Made by a program: the position numbers and the translations under genes. A stretch of DNA of 64,000 nt from Zancudomyces culisetae HAW-14-8 (lineage: Eukaryota; Fungi; Kickxellomycota): contig JBNJNM010000010.1 of NCBI GenBank assembly GCA_052426225.1, positions 1,116,001 through 1,180,000 on the forward strand, given 5' to 3'. The notes beneath the pieces are model-generated. The model saw nothing but the letters and a program-made list of their open reading frames with translations. It was not told the origin of the DNA and searched no databases. Position 1 is the stretch's first letter. Each line of letters starts with the position of its first letter. Below are positions 1-12,185 of this stretch, piece by piece.

Positions 1-287
1 TCATTATTATGCATTATATTAATTAAATAAGTTTATTAGGTATAAATATTTATGATATAATTAGATTTAGATTTAAAATTAGTTGTATTACAAACATAGT
101 TGATAAAAGGGTATACATTTCCCTTTATGAACAACTAAGTTTAACAATCTCATTTATTACTTATTAAGTTTATTAGAAATTCTAAATAATTACTGTGTGT
201 TAAAAATATTTTATTAGTTCTTTCAAAAACTATCTGTGTGATAGTTAGTTAATACCATAAATTTGTGTATAATATCGGTATTTAACA
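1..287 (+). repeat. LTR (3' part, truncated by window edge), same family as LTR at 11746-12185
   Basis: Colinear similarity with 11990-12185 (ataaaagg..ataca..tgaacaa.taagttt; attactgtgtgtt; tagttaataccat..ttgtgtataatat.ggtatt), ending in TAACA at 287 versus CAACA at 12185. Confidence 0.75.
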
Positions 288-1611
288 AATAGTTGATTAT
301 TCATATTAGTTGATACCTAATAATACTAGTGGTTCATCGGCGAAAGGGTAAAATTTTCACATTTATACACTCAATGAGGAATCCTTAACTTTTTATTGGT
401 TTTAAAGATACAAGTAAAAGAAAGTATAATATAGAATCATTTGAACAATAAAAGATCGTATAATAAGGTTTATTAATTATTCCTTATATTAATGTTTAGA
501 CATATATGCGAAGATTACATCCATTAAAAAATAATTAAATCTATATGAAGGTCATATAGCAACTCCATTCAGTTATATTGTCATGATTTATTGTTCCATC
601 TGTTTTTAAATACATTTTTTGTAATTAATTACTAAATTAATGCGCTATATTCTCAAATATCATTTAGGGAAATATGATTTTGTTGATTGCGCAGTAGATT
701 AGGTAATTACGTATCGTGTTAAAATTACGACATTTTGTAGCGCAATATACATGATATACATTATTAATCTATTGATTAGTAATCATTCTTGTATTCTAAC
801 ATTCTAAAATACTCTAGTTAGTTATTACACCGTTTTATTTAGTTTAAGTAGTTTTGGAAAAGTATGTATAGCTATAGATTATATTGAAAGTGAATCTTCA
901 GCAATTTAATAATTCTCAAGATATTTACTACTAGTAATAATTAAATAAACATAATAGAAATATACCTAGTTGTCAGGCCCTGACAATCATTCAACAGTTA
1001 AAGGATAATAACGCTATTCTTTTGACAGTGACCGTTGAGGAGTATTCAATATGAATATAGAACCTGAACTGTCACGGAATCCTTTCCATGAGTTAGGGGA
1101 GATAGTTAACAGGATTTATAACTATTAGAAACCGACCAATGAATTGCACTACCCGGTCACGTCCGACATTAAATACTTTATTATAACTTTTTGTCACGAC
1201 TTGATCTCAGTACTATAATTAAAACTTGATTATGGTATATTTATATTATTACTATGGATTTATAAGTATCATATTATTATTCATATTTCCGAAGCGTAAA
1301 TTTTTTTACTTTAACGTTTCAAGTTTAATAAATACTTGAAAAACCTACAAAAGTTTAATTTGAAACTTTATACTTTTAAATAATGTATAAAATCATGTTG
1401 ACACCACAGTTTATATTAATTATATTTACTATAAGTTAAATAGTAAAATTAGAACATTCTCTATAATTCCAAATTTATGGATTTAGATATGTGAATAATA
1501 TTATTATATTATAAAATTTTGATAATTAAAAGTGTTTAAAAATATAATAAAATATCATGAGTATATAATGTCAATAACCTTAATATTATAATATATTACC
1601 TGGATTTGTAC

Positions 1612-4600
1612 TTATTTACCGATTATGTTAATTTGAAAGCCTGATGTACTTGGTTGATCCTGGCGTTCAGGGTGTTTATAGTTTTGCAGTGGGATAAACA
1701 TAGGTCGACTCAGGAAAACTGCTACGGGATTATCCTTTCCCTTGCGGTGATTAAGGTTGAAGTCTAACTCGGCTAACTTTGCAATACATTTGGCTACACG
1801 GAGTGTAAAATCTGGCCGTGTCATTAGATATTTAGCAGCCGAATCGTCGGTATAGACTGTAAAATCGCTGTAAGCTAAATACGAACGCAAATATTTGATG
1901 GCTAACACTATAGCCAGACACGATCGTTCGTATGCCGAATATCACGTCACCGTGTCGCTAAGTTTATGTGAATAGTATTTACTGGAATTAGGGAATCTCC
2001 GTTTCTCTGATCTAACACTGTGCCTACTGCCACGGCCGAGGCGTCTGTAAATAATAAACAATTTTGATTCCGGTTTGGTTGCGTTAGAAAAGCTTGTAAG
2101 CTCGAATTGTATTTTTGCGTTCCAACTGTCTATATACCCTTTATCCCAGTTAAACCTTGTGTTGAAATTTAAAAACTTTTATATGGGGGCATGAATTTTC
2201 AGCGTACAATGGTAAAAATTTACGAAAATAGTTTTCAACTCCTAGTATGGATCATACCTCCTCACATACTTGGGTTGAGGTTTTAGTTTCAGTCCCTCCA
2301 TGCTATTTGCATTAGGTTTAATAGTCTATCTTGACCCACTATGTTCCATATTATTAAATTTGATTTTCATAAATTGACACTTATCGAAATTTAATGATAC
2401 AATATTTAATTTCAAAACGTAAAATATTTTTTAGATGGATTAGATGTGAGTTTTCGTCTTAGAGGAAATTAGCCACGTCATCCTAATAAATAACGGCATA
2501 TTCATACATATAAGGAGTTAGTATTCGTTCCATTAATCTCGAGAAATGAGCCGGAAAATTTGAGAGCCCAAATGGTAAAACGTTAAATTCGTAAAACCTT
2601 TGCGTGAAATGAAAGCGTTGAAATTTTTTTAGTTTTCCTCTACCGGTGACTGCCAAGATCCACTAGCACAATCCAGGGTGGAGATAATTGCTGCACCAGC
2701 TAGTGATAATAAGCAGTCGTCTAGTCTGGGGATGAGGAAACTGTTATAACTTGGTTTAATATATTTTATTTAGTATAACTTGGATTGGAAAAATATTAAC
2801 TTTATTAAACTAAAGAGAATATTTTTCACTGACGATTTCCACAACGAATTTCGTTGGGTTTAATACTTTTTTGTCAGCGAAAATTTCATGAAAATAACCA
2901 AGGTCGCAAGACTTTGTTTATCGAAGAAAAAATATTTTCTTACTTCGATAAACATTCAAGGAGTTTGACCCTTGATTAGTTTCATGATTTTCAATGTTGG
3001 GGTTTAGTTCAACATTGTGTTGTTTTGGTAATGTAAAATAATTCAGTTACTAAAAATCGAATTGGTAATAAATTATTTCATGATTACCTAAATCAAGTTA
3101 TATAACTTTACTATAAAGTAAATACAACTTACTAACTTAATTAAACTAAAATAGAAATAAAATTAATTAAAAATAAATTATAGAACTACGTTCTATTCAC
3201 AACACTTGTTATTTCACTGCTTTCCATATCATGTACATGGGTCAGAATTTCTTTCCATTTTTCCGGTGGATACCTGCGCAACTTTGCGGTAACGGCTCTG
3301 CTTCCGGTACTACTTTTATTTTGAACTCCGCATTTCTAATAAATTTTGTTCCTATTTCTTTTTTAAATATTTTTATGTATCCCGTTAAAGTGGAGATATT
3401 TTCTCGAAACTATCTATCGACTTCACTTGGCTTCCTAAACTATATTCTATGCACTCAGGTCATCCCTCGTCTGATAGCTCGGCATTTATACTACTATAAT
3501 AAAATGGGACCGTATTGTATTATTCCTTGTCTTCGATCTCTGCTGACCCACTCACACTTTGGTTATCGTTTTCATCGCTTGAGCTGAATGTTCCTCCTCA
3601 TCTAATGACACTATCAATTTTTGGTTTAGTAACTGTAATTTGTTTTAATTTTTCCTGTTTTCAACGTTAATAATTGTTCTTTAAATTTATAACAGCTTCC
3701 AATTCCTGTAATATGTCTATCATAAGGTTGAACGGAACTATGCAAATACGAACTAAAATATACTTAATAAATACTTTTTCCCCATCTTCAAAAGTGACAT
3801 GGAGTTTCGTGGATTCAGTAGATTTTAGTGCCTCTCCTCCCATCTGCTGGAAAAATATGGGGCTACTTAACTTCTCTATCGAGAGGCCTAGCTTAAGGGC
3901 CAACGAGTGGCGGACCAACGAGTAACCTGCTCCGGTATCAATAAACATGGGTGCGCTTTGTTCGCCAATATATCCCATTATCTATGATAGGTCTTCGCTG
4001 GTTAGCGGTTTTGACCCTTGGAATTTGAAAACATCAGGGGTTTATTTCCCTGGGTTGGTATCGCTTTGAGTTTTCGTATCATATCGTTGGCTAGCCGGGG
4101 TCTTGTCTGAATTAACTCGCTAATGGTTATCGGAGCTGTTTGTGACAACACTTGTTCAGCCAATTCAGACGGCGGTTGTTTCCTTTGTGGTTTCCTTTAT
4201 ATCTGTCCTTGCTGTCGTAATTTCGTGTAAATGACCGAATCTTTTCTTGGATGCGCTATTACTCGCTGCGGGTTCAGAATGTTCCCTATGGTCATCGCGG
4301 TCTCTTATGAGCTAACTCAGTGCTTTCTGGAGCTCTTGAGCTAGAACTGAGTTATTGGGCTCGGAACTTCCCGCTTCCCGGTTTGGTTTCTTTCTACACG
4401 TTCTGGACGTGTGTCCTTTCTCATCATAAGTAAACAGGTGAGAGGTTCCCTTCTCCTATCCTTTATCTTTTGCATTGCTAATGCAAGATGTTTTACTTCC
4501 CCGGTTAACGCATCAATGCCGGTATCTAGTCTCAGCGGTGAGGCGGCTCTTTCCAGCTGCTTTTGGGTTTCGTGAGCAAAGTTCTTCATAGCCTTTCGTT

Positions 4601-4759
4601 GCAACTTCTCCGTCTGTTCTCGCTGGGAGCTCCCAGCGTAAACGTGCCGTACTCGTTGAGGTGTTTTGCGGCTTTGACACCTTTGTCATCACCGTCGAGA
4701 TGTTGTCATCCTGGAATATTTCTGCTATAGATAGCATCCGGTGTGGATCCTTTCTGTCC
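1612..4759 (-). mobile_element. Degenerate Ty3/Gypsy LTR-retrotransposon internal region (gag, protease, RT, RNase H remnants)
   Basis: Protease MFIDTGAGYSLV (3667-3978); RT remnant LIPRLDD..STLDCASGSWQ..VLPFGLSN (~2560-2740) with stops and frameshifts; RNase H FTVYTDD..HRKGKDNPVAVFLSR (1612-1908); gag-like fragments 4341-4737. Confidence 0.88.
2742..3204. repeat. AT-rich LTR-like insertion interrupting the RT remnant
   Basis: Begins TGTTA exactly where RT homology stops and ends CAACA; ~460 bp, very AT-rich; flanking 5-mers differ (gaaac / cttgt), so no intact TSD. Confidence 0.5.
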
Positions 4760-5246
4760 TGTTATCGAATATGTTTATAATTAATTATACTAATTTAAAA
4801 TTTATTACATACAGTGACACAAAATATCTTATATTTATTATTAGATTGTGAAATAATGTTTTATCTCTAGAGATTATAACCGTATTTATAATTCTTACTA
4901 TAATTTTATATAGGTTAATTCTCGAACATATTAAATAGAAATTAGATTTTTTAAATAACAGTATAATATTAATATATAAATATAAACTCCCAAATCTGTT
5001 TCAATGTAAGTTAGATATTTAATGATAATCATAATTAATCTTATAATATACTTAGTATTATAAATCAAATCATAATATTATGTCGTTAATACTAAAAAAT
5101 ATTTTATATAAAATTGGTATACTAATTTTTGATTATTAATAGTAAAAATATAATACAAATTAATAGGTATTAGATATAAAGATATTTTTGCTTTAATATT
5201 GTATTAAATATTAACCTGTATTATTAATTTAATTATAACGTTAACA
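4760..5246 (-). repeat. AT-rich LTR-like segment truncating the gag remnant
   Basis: TGTTA at 4760 coincides with an abrupt GC-to-AT switch; TAACA at 5246; the reverse strand shares AATACAATATTAA with the 5' part of the 11746 LTR. Confidence 0.4.
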
Positions 5247-5574
5247 CGCAACGTTAAAATAGCAAAATTAGTGAATTATGCTAACATTATTAATTATGTT
5301 AACATCATCTAAATGCCTAAGTGTGAGTGTCCTCCTGAAACATCACACAATGTTGCTAAACTTTTTGCACATGAAATTTTACGTCTTAATTTTTTACATG
5401 TCTCTTCAAGGATTTAAACCCCTAAAAAAAAGTCGAATAGAAGGGAGACAAAAAAAATTTACTTAATTTAGTAAGAAAAAATATATCAAAAAATTTTTAT
5501 AATAATCTCTACAGATATATAATTAAATAGTATTTTAGAAATTTTCAATTGAAAACTTAATATTATTTTCAACA

Positions 5575-6940
5575 TTCCTTCAGACTTGATAACTGACTTA
5601 ACGATTTTGAAATTAATATCTATAAGACCAAGTATTGTTTCCTCTGTAATTGTTTTCCATTCCGATTCAATTCGCTCCCATAATTCGATCATCCCGGATG
5701 GTGGTTTACAGTATCTATTTAGGCGTCTTTTGATGATTGCCCATATAGTTTCATTGGGTTTAAGTCTGGAGATTGTGGCGGCCAGTCCAATGTATTATAT
5801 TCCTGGTTTTCAAGCCAGCTGGTAACTAACTTTGAGGTATGTTTAGGATCATTGTCATGTTGAAATATTATTGACTTGGGATCCAACTTGTAGTACTTTA
5901 TTGTATTGCTAAGCTCGTTTTTTAAAATGTTTAAATAACCTTTCTTGTTTAACATTCCTTCTATTCGGCACATGTAGCCAGTTCCAAATGCTGTGATGCA
6001 TCCCCAAATCATTAATGATCCTCCACCGTGTTTTACGGTCTGGTTAATATTGTGCGGCTGTAGACTCACACCATCACGAACCCAAGTCCATTCATTTCCA
6101 TCAGATCCAAATCGGTTGATTTTAGTTTTGTCGGACCAAATTACTCGCCTCCATTCATCAGTAGTCCAGTGGCGATGAGATTTTGCGAATCTCAACCTTT
6201 TTGCAATATTTTTAAGGCTCAGTTTCGGTTTGGATGCCTTCTTTTTTGCAACGGCTTTAAGATCATTAAAAGCCCTATATATTGTAGACTTACTAGCACT
6301 AACAATATTATCCATTTCTAACTTCTTTTGTATCGAAGTAGCAGATCGATACTCTCCAGATAATATCATCCTAGTACATATTCGCTTGCTTTGGGGTGAA
6401 AGCTTCGCTGGACAACCGCGTTTATTAGCCGGTAAATTTATATTCATAGCTGCTTTAATTCTGTATATTTTTGCTTTACTAACTCCATTTTCTATAATGA
6501 TTTGGTCAATGCTTCTGCCTTCAAGTAACGCGTTTTTAATATCCAGTTTACGTTGTTCAGATATCATTTTTTGTTAACGATTAATTTTATAATTATTAAA
6601 ATAATTATAATACTATTATATGTAATTGTTTTAATAATTTAAGATTGGAATTCATAATGTTATGATAGTTTAAATTTTGCTTTTGTAAAATTCCAAAAAT
6701 TGTCTCATTTTGTTATGGTTTTAAATTATATGAAACCTTTGTCTCCACAGGACAATGTTTCATATAATTTATCAATTATAATAATAACATTTACCGACCT
6801 CCACATTATTAATTTAAATGTTTTAGTTATGTTATAGTTATGTTTTAAATTAGTATATTTTTAACATTATCGTCCCATCATGAAAAGTATATAAGATATA
6901 CGATTATCATGATGGAACGATAAGTTTTACAACGAGTGTA
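5575..6940 (-). mobile_element. Tc1/mariner-superfamily DNA transposon (DD34E), defective
   Basis: Transposase 5719-6567 with HTH_Tnp_Tc3_2-like region, WSDKT, VKHGGGSLMIWGC, QHDNDPKH and WPPQSPDLNP. A 1-nt deletion at ~5752 shifts the frame just before the catalytic Glu; restoring it gives NP(I)ETIWAIIKRRL, 34 residues after the second Asp, continuing into ORF 5486-5692. Putative right end TA-CACTCG at 6940; no matching left TIR found. Confidence 0.9.
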
Positions 6941-7311
6941 GTTTCGTTTAGTTTATTCACTAATAGTCTAGTTTATTAATAAATATATTTTATCCAAGTC
7001 CAGACCCTGATACATTTTTAAAATTATATCAATATCAATTTCTTAATGAATTTTTAGCCAATTAAATTACAAAATTATAATTTTATTATATCGATTGTGC
7101 ATAAAATAATATAAATCTTATATAATATCTGGATAATATTGAGCGAGATATTACTCTTTGAAAATTAATTTCAATATTCTGAGACATTTTTGAAACTCAC
7201 ATTTTTAATTAACATCATGGTAATAATTAATCAAATGTGAATATATTAAGTACATTAGTATTTAATTAAAATAGTTAAATTAATGTTATATGGTGTACGT
7301 GTGTTATAACA
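6941..7311 (-). repeat. LTR-like segment truncating the RNase H/integrase junction of the adjacent Gypsy element
   Basis: Minus strand starts TGTTATAACACACGTACACCATATAACA, resembling the 11746 LTR start TGTTATGAATACACGTGTATCATAACA; the pol reading frame loses homology exactly here. Confidence 0.55.
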
Positions 7312-10300
7312 ATGTTGTTGTAGGCGACCTTATCAGGTGTGTGATTGGGCAAACGAGAAAGAGCGTCAGGTTTGCCTCTTTGAGATCCAGGCCTGTAGGT
7401 TATGGTGAAGCTGAATCTACTGAGATCAAGAGACCACCTTGCGTGTCTTCTGTTGAGTGACTTCAGATTTTTAAAGGTCTCCAGATTCTTATGGTCAGTA
7501 AGAATCTTGAACGGGATGGAGGAGCCTTCCAGATGATGTCGCCATTCTTTGAGAGCCTTGATGATTGCCAAAAGTTCCTTGTCATAGATATTATAGTTGG
7601 ATTCGGCAGTGTTGAGTTTGTAAGAGTAGTAGGCACAAGGACGGAGATCACCGTTTTCATCTTCTTGGGACAGAGCAGCCCCAATAGCGTAGTCTGAGGC
7701 GTCAGTTTCCAGAATAAATTGTTTTCCTGGGTCAGGGTATCTGAGAACGGGGGAAGTGGTGAGATCCTGGATAAGAGTATTAAAGGCTTCACCTGCCTCC
7801 TTACTCCAAACGAACGGTGTATCCTTTTTCAGAAGTCTTGTGATTGGCAGGGCTTTCAGCGAGAAGTATGGGATAAACTTTCGGTAGTAATTGGCAAAAC
7901 CAAGAAACTTCTGGACCTCCTTGACATTGGTGGATGGTAGCCATTCTTTTACACACTTGACTTTAGCAGGGTCGGTGGCTATTCCATCTGAAGACACAAC
8001 ATGGCCTAGAAATTCAACTTCCCTGATATGAAAGTGACATTTTTCGGCGTTACAGTACAGATCATTTTCAAGCAGCTTTTTCAGAACAGATTTCACGTGA
8101 GAGATGTGAGTGTCAGTGTCATTGGAAAATATCAAGATGTCGTCAAGGTATGCAATTGCATAGAGATCCAATACATCTCGTAAACACATCATTGATAAAG
8201 TGCTGAAAGGTGGCAGGAGCATTTGTCAAGCCAAATGGCATGACCTGGTACTCAAAGTGGCCATATCTGCACCTAAATGCAGTTTTCCACTCGTCACCTT
8301 CCTTGATCCGCACCAAGTTGTAGGCACCTTTGAGATCCAATTTTGTAAAGACCTTGGCTGTACGCAGCCGATCGAACGCCTCATCAATCCTAGGTAATGG
8401 GTACCTATTCTTGATGGTAGCTTCGTTCAATCGGCGGTAGTCAACACAAAGGCGCAAGTCACCAGACTTCTTCTTTACAAACATGATTGGTGCACCGGCA
8501 GAGGAAACAGAGCGTCTGATGAAGCCATTGGTGAGGTTTTCACGGATGTAGCCTCTTAGAGACTCTAACTCTACTTCAGATAGCGGGTATATTGGCCCCC
8601 AGTATGGGGTGTAACCCTCTTTGGTGTTGACAGGACAGTCATAACGGCGGTGAGGAGGAAGTGAAACGGCAGACTTGGGATTGAACACTTCCTTGAATTC
8701 AGAGTATATTACTGGTAGTTGCGGAAATTCTTCCAAGTACTCTAGTGGGGACTCAGAAACGGCAAAAGTTACAGGATCTGGATCCAAGGAATATTCTGGC
8801 TCGGGGGTGGTGACTGGGGTATTTTTATGAAATGGCCGGGATCTGACGACTGGTTCTCTTGGCTCAATTTTCTTCAGGATTGCTTTGGGAAGTTCAGGTC
8901 TGAGTGGTACTTTTGAAACAGGGGTTACTGGACGACGGGGCTCAGGAATTCGCTTGACAACATGGTTATCTACTGGATTCTCAATAGCTGCGGGTTTGGG
9001 CAAACTTTGGGTTTCAGGTTCTGGAGTGACTGATTGGACTGGTGCAGGAACAGGTACAGGAAGAATCTCTTCAATTCTGGCGTATGGATTTGGCGGAGCT
9101 GGGCTGGGGAGATCAGGAGACGGAGGCGGTGAAAATAATTGATTTTCAGTGTTTGAATCGTCCAACTTGACCGATTCGAGCAACTTGGCACTGTGTGGAA
9201 GCAGGGTAGTTGATAATCTATTCAACACCCTTTGGAGGATAGTTGAGTTTGTGGACGTATTCTGGCTAATATTTTGTTCTACTGGATCTGGTTCTGGTTC
9301 ATCAGGTGACTTGAACACGGCCTGGATGGAGTGGGTATCAACACAATTTGTACTGCAAAAGTCAGAGTCGAAGTGGATCTGGAGGTATGGCCAAGTTATA
9401 CTAGGATTGTGTTTGCGTAACCAGGGTAATCCAAAATAATGTCAGCGTGATTGGTTGGAATCGGGATAAGGTCTAGGTGTTCAGAGTGGTTAGGACCGGA
9501 CTTGATATGAGCATTATCAACCTTGACATTTATGCCTCCTGGGTATATCTGGTGTCCATCAACGCTTTCTAGGACAATGGTTTTTTCTGCTTCAACGGTT
9601 GGGAGGTTTAGTTTTTCTAATAAATCTTGACGAATAAAGTTGGCTGAAGCACCGGAGTCCACTAATGCAACAAGTTCGTGTAGATTATTTAAAACAACTT
9701 TATTATGAAATTTATGACTAGAAATATTAGAATTATTTGCTACGCTCAGGAGTAACTCCCGGACTACATCTGAGCACTGTCTTTTGGCACCCCAGGTATA
9801 GGGGGTCTTGGCCTGCGGAGCGGACAGTTACGGAGAATGTGGTTCGGCTGACCACAGTATAGACAAAGATTATTGGCTAATCTTCTCTGGCGTTCGGCTG
9901 TATCTAGCGGTGCTCTTGGACGGGAGGTGACGGCATCAACGTCCATTGGTTCAGAAGTCTGGTGATCTGGGACAGGCATGGCTGGACGGGGGAAGACTGG
10001 TGGAGCCGGAGTACTCCAGTTGCGGAATGGGACGCTTCACTTGAGCAGGTAGGCACTGCGGGCATTGATTCTGTTCTCAAGCTCAATCACCTGATCAATG
10101 AGCTGATCCAAGGTGTTTGGTAGCGGTTCAGTGGCAAGGCGCTGGACAAGGCTAGTATTCAATCCGATGTAAAACAGGTGGATTTTGGCTGGCTCGTTGA
10201 ATCCACTGAGAGAGGCGAGGTTTCTGAACTCGGTTGCAAATTCCAGGACGGAACGCTGGGACTGGCGGCAACTATGAAGCTGGGTGATAGCTCGGGCTTG

Positions 10301-10738
10301 GTGGCCAGGATCTGAGAATCTCTTTTGAAATTCATTCTCAAACCCTTTGAAATCTGAGAGCAACGGTGATTGGGTATCGATAAGGTTATCGAACCACAGG
10401 GCAGCATGACCGGCAAGGTGAGAACTGATGAACCATATCTTGTTATGGTCACTCTGGAACACGTCTGGTCTGGCCCAGAACTGGCGCTTGATCTCGGCGG
10501 TGAAGGCTCGGAACCTTCCTGATTCTCCTGAGTATTTCTGGATTTCTGGTATTCTGATACCATCAATCCTTGGCTGCGGATTTGCTGCAGGCAAATTCTG
10601 CAACTGACTGGGGACTTGAGCGGGTGTCTGGGCTTGCGCCTGGGCTTGAGCTTGACTTTCTTGCAAGGCTTGTTGCATAACTAATTTTGCGATCATATCT
10701 AATTGGTGGACCATCATTAACTCTTAACCAATAATTAG

Positions 10739-10750
10739 AAGTTTCCCAAA
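10739..10750 (-). promoter_or_regulatory. Putative self-priming primer-binding site
   Basis: Minus-strand TTTGGGAAACTT, 1 nt after the LTR, is the exact complement of AAGTTTCCCAAA inside the LTR (10775-10786). Confidence 0.7.
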
Positions 10751-10751
10751 A

Positions 10752-10870
10752 TGTCAGGAATCTAATTTATTTAATTTGGGAAACTTAATGTTCCCAAGTT
10801 AGGATTCAAATGTAATTAAATAGATTAAAAATAAATTTTAAAACTATGGGTAAATAATGCGATATTGACA
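10752..10870 (-). repeat. Short 5' LTR (119 bp, TGTCA...TGACA)
   Basis: Perfect 5-bp inverted termini, located 35 bp upstream of gag; a diverged second copy lies in opposite orientation at 13143-13260. Confidence 0.85.
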
Positions 10871-11745
10871 GGAAGCGTTTTTACGAACTATTAAACGTAA
10901 AAATAAAACTTTCAAGTGCTTATCACCCTGAAACTAATGGTCAAACTGAGCGTACTAATCAAACATTGGAGCAATATTTAAGGTGTTATAGCGACTACAT
11001 GCAAGATAACTGGTGCAAACTACTGCCATTAGCTGAATATTCATACAATAATGCTTATCACAGTGCAATTAAGATGTCACCATTTAAAGCTTTATATGGT
11101 TTTGATACTACATTTTCATCACAAATACCAACTATTGAGTTAATTCCAAGTGCTGAAAACCGTGTAAATGAACTGGAAAAACATCATCATGACATCAAAA
11201 AAGTGTTACAAAATGCAATTAAAACTGATAAAAAGTTTGCTGACAGAAACCGAAAACGACATCCAAAGTTCAAAATAGGTGATAAGGTATGGTTAATACG
11301 AAAAAATATACAAACTACAAGGCCTACAAATAAGTTGGACAACAAAAAGATAGGTGCATACAAGGTTATAGGAATAATAAACGACGTCACATTTAAGCTA
11401 CAATTCCACCAAACATGAAGATACATCCAGTATTTCATGTATCATTATTAGAAAAATATCACGCATCAGAATTAGTGATACGACCAGACATCAGACCACC
11501 ATCACCAGTAATCATCAATAATAAAATAGAATATGTGGTAAATAAAAATTTGGATACAAAAGAAATTGATGGTAAAACATATTATTACATTGATTACGAA
11601 GGATATGGACCTGAAGAGCGAAGTTGGGAGCGTGAACAGGATGTTAACGCTCATGAAAAAATACAAGAATTTTGGCTCAGCAAGATCGAAAACGAACGCG
11701 AATCTGAATAAAAAACATCGGTAAGTACCCTTAAGTGGGGGGTAG
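10871..11745 (+). mobile_element. Chromovirus 3' remnant: integrase C-terminal half, chromodomain and polypurine tract
   Basis: SSAYHPETNGQTERTNQTLEQYLRCY, W..LLPLAEYSYNN, GDKVWL, KKIGAYKV (GPY/F), IHPVFHVSLL, chromodomain EYVV..YYIDYEGYGPEERSWE; frameshift ~11405; PPT AAGTGGGGGGTAG at 11733-11745. Confidence 0.92.
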
Positions 11746-12185
11746 TGTTATGAATACACGTGTATCATAACAATATTGTATATTAAATACAATATTAATT
11801 AATTTTTAGTTTATATTATTTAATTATTATTTAATAATTAGTTTAAAACATTTATATTGATACACTTGATCAATATTAAATGTATCTTCATTAATATTGT
11901 GTATATTAATGATGTAGGCTTAATAATTTATTATTATTAGTTTTATACTAGTTTAAGTTTTATAATAATATTTATAAATAACTTAATTGTATAAAAGGTG
12001 ATACAAATCCTTTTCATGAACAATTAAGTTTGTCAATCTAGTTTAACAATATAAAGATATTATTAAATAATATTATATTATTACTGTGTGTTTTAAACTA
12101 GAATAATTTATAATAACTTTTATAAATTAACTGTGTGTTAATTAGTTAATACCATCATTATTGTGTATAATATTGGTATTCAACA
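11746..12185 (+). repeat. 3' LTR of the chromovirus (440 bp, TGTTA...CAACA)
   Basis: Starts directly after the PPT; ends CAACA at the switch into another element's coding remnant; homologous to 1-287. Confidence 0.85.

Larger units (their letters stand above)
7312..10870 (-). mobile_element. Ty3/Gypsy (Tf1/chromovirus-like) retrotransposon: 5' LTR, gag, protease, RT, RNase H; integrase missing
   Basis: gag 10717-9764 with one in-frame TGA (10037-10039) and zinc knuckle [14 protein letters not shown]; protease LVDSGASANF; RT ([34 protein letters not shown]); RNase H (ETDASDYAIG, YDKELLAI, TDHKNL, DALSR); 1-nt frameshifts near 9432 and 8183; clearly higher GC than flanks. Confidence 0.95.

Noticed and set aside
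970-986. Palindrome TTGTCAGGCCCTGACAA resembling two fused short-LTR termini
   Set aside because: Too short to distinguish from chance or an internal feature of another repeat
4040-4056. GGGAAAT slippery-like site at the gag/pro boundary of the first Gypsy remnant
   Set aside because: Element too degenerate to establish reading frames
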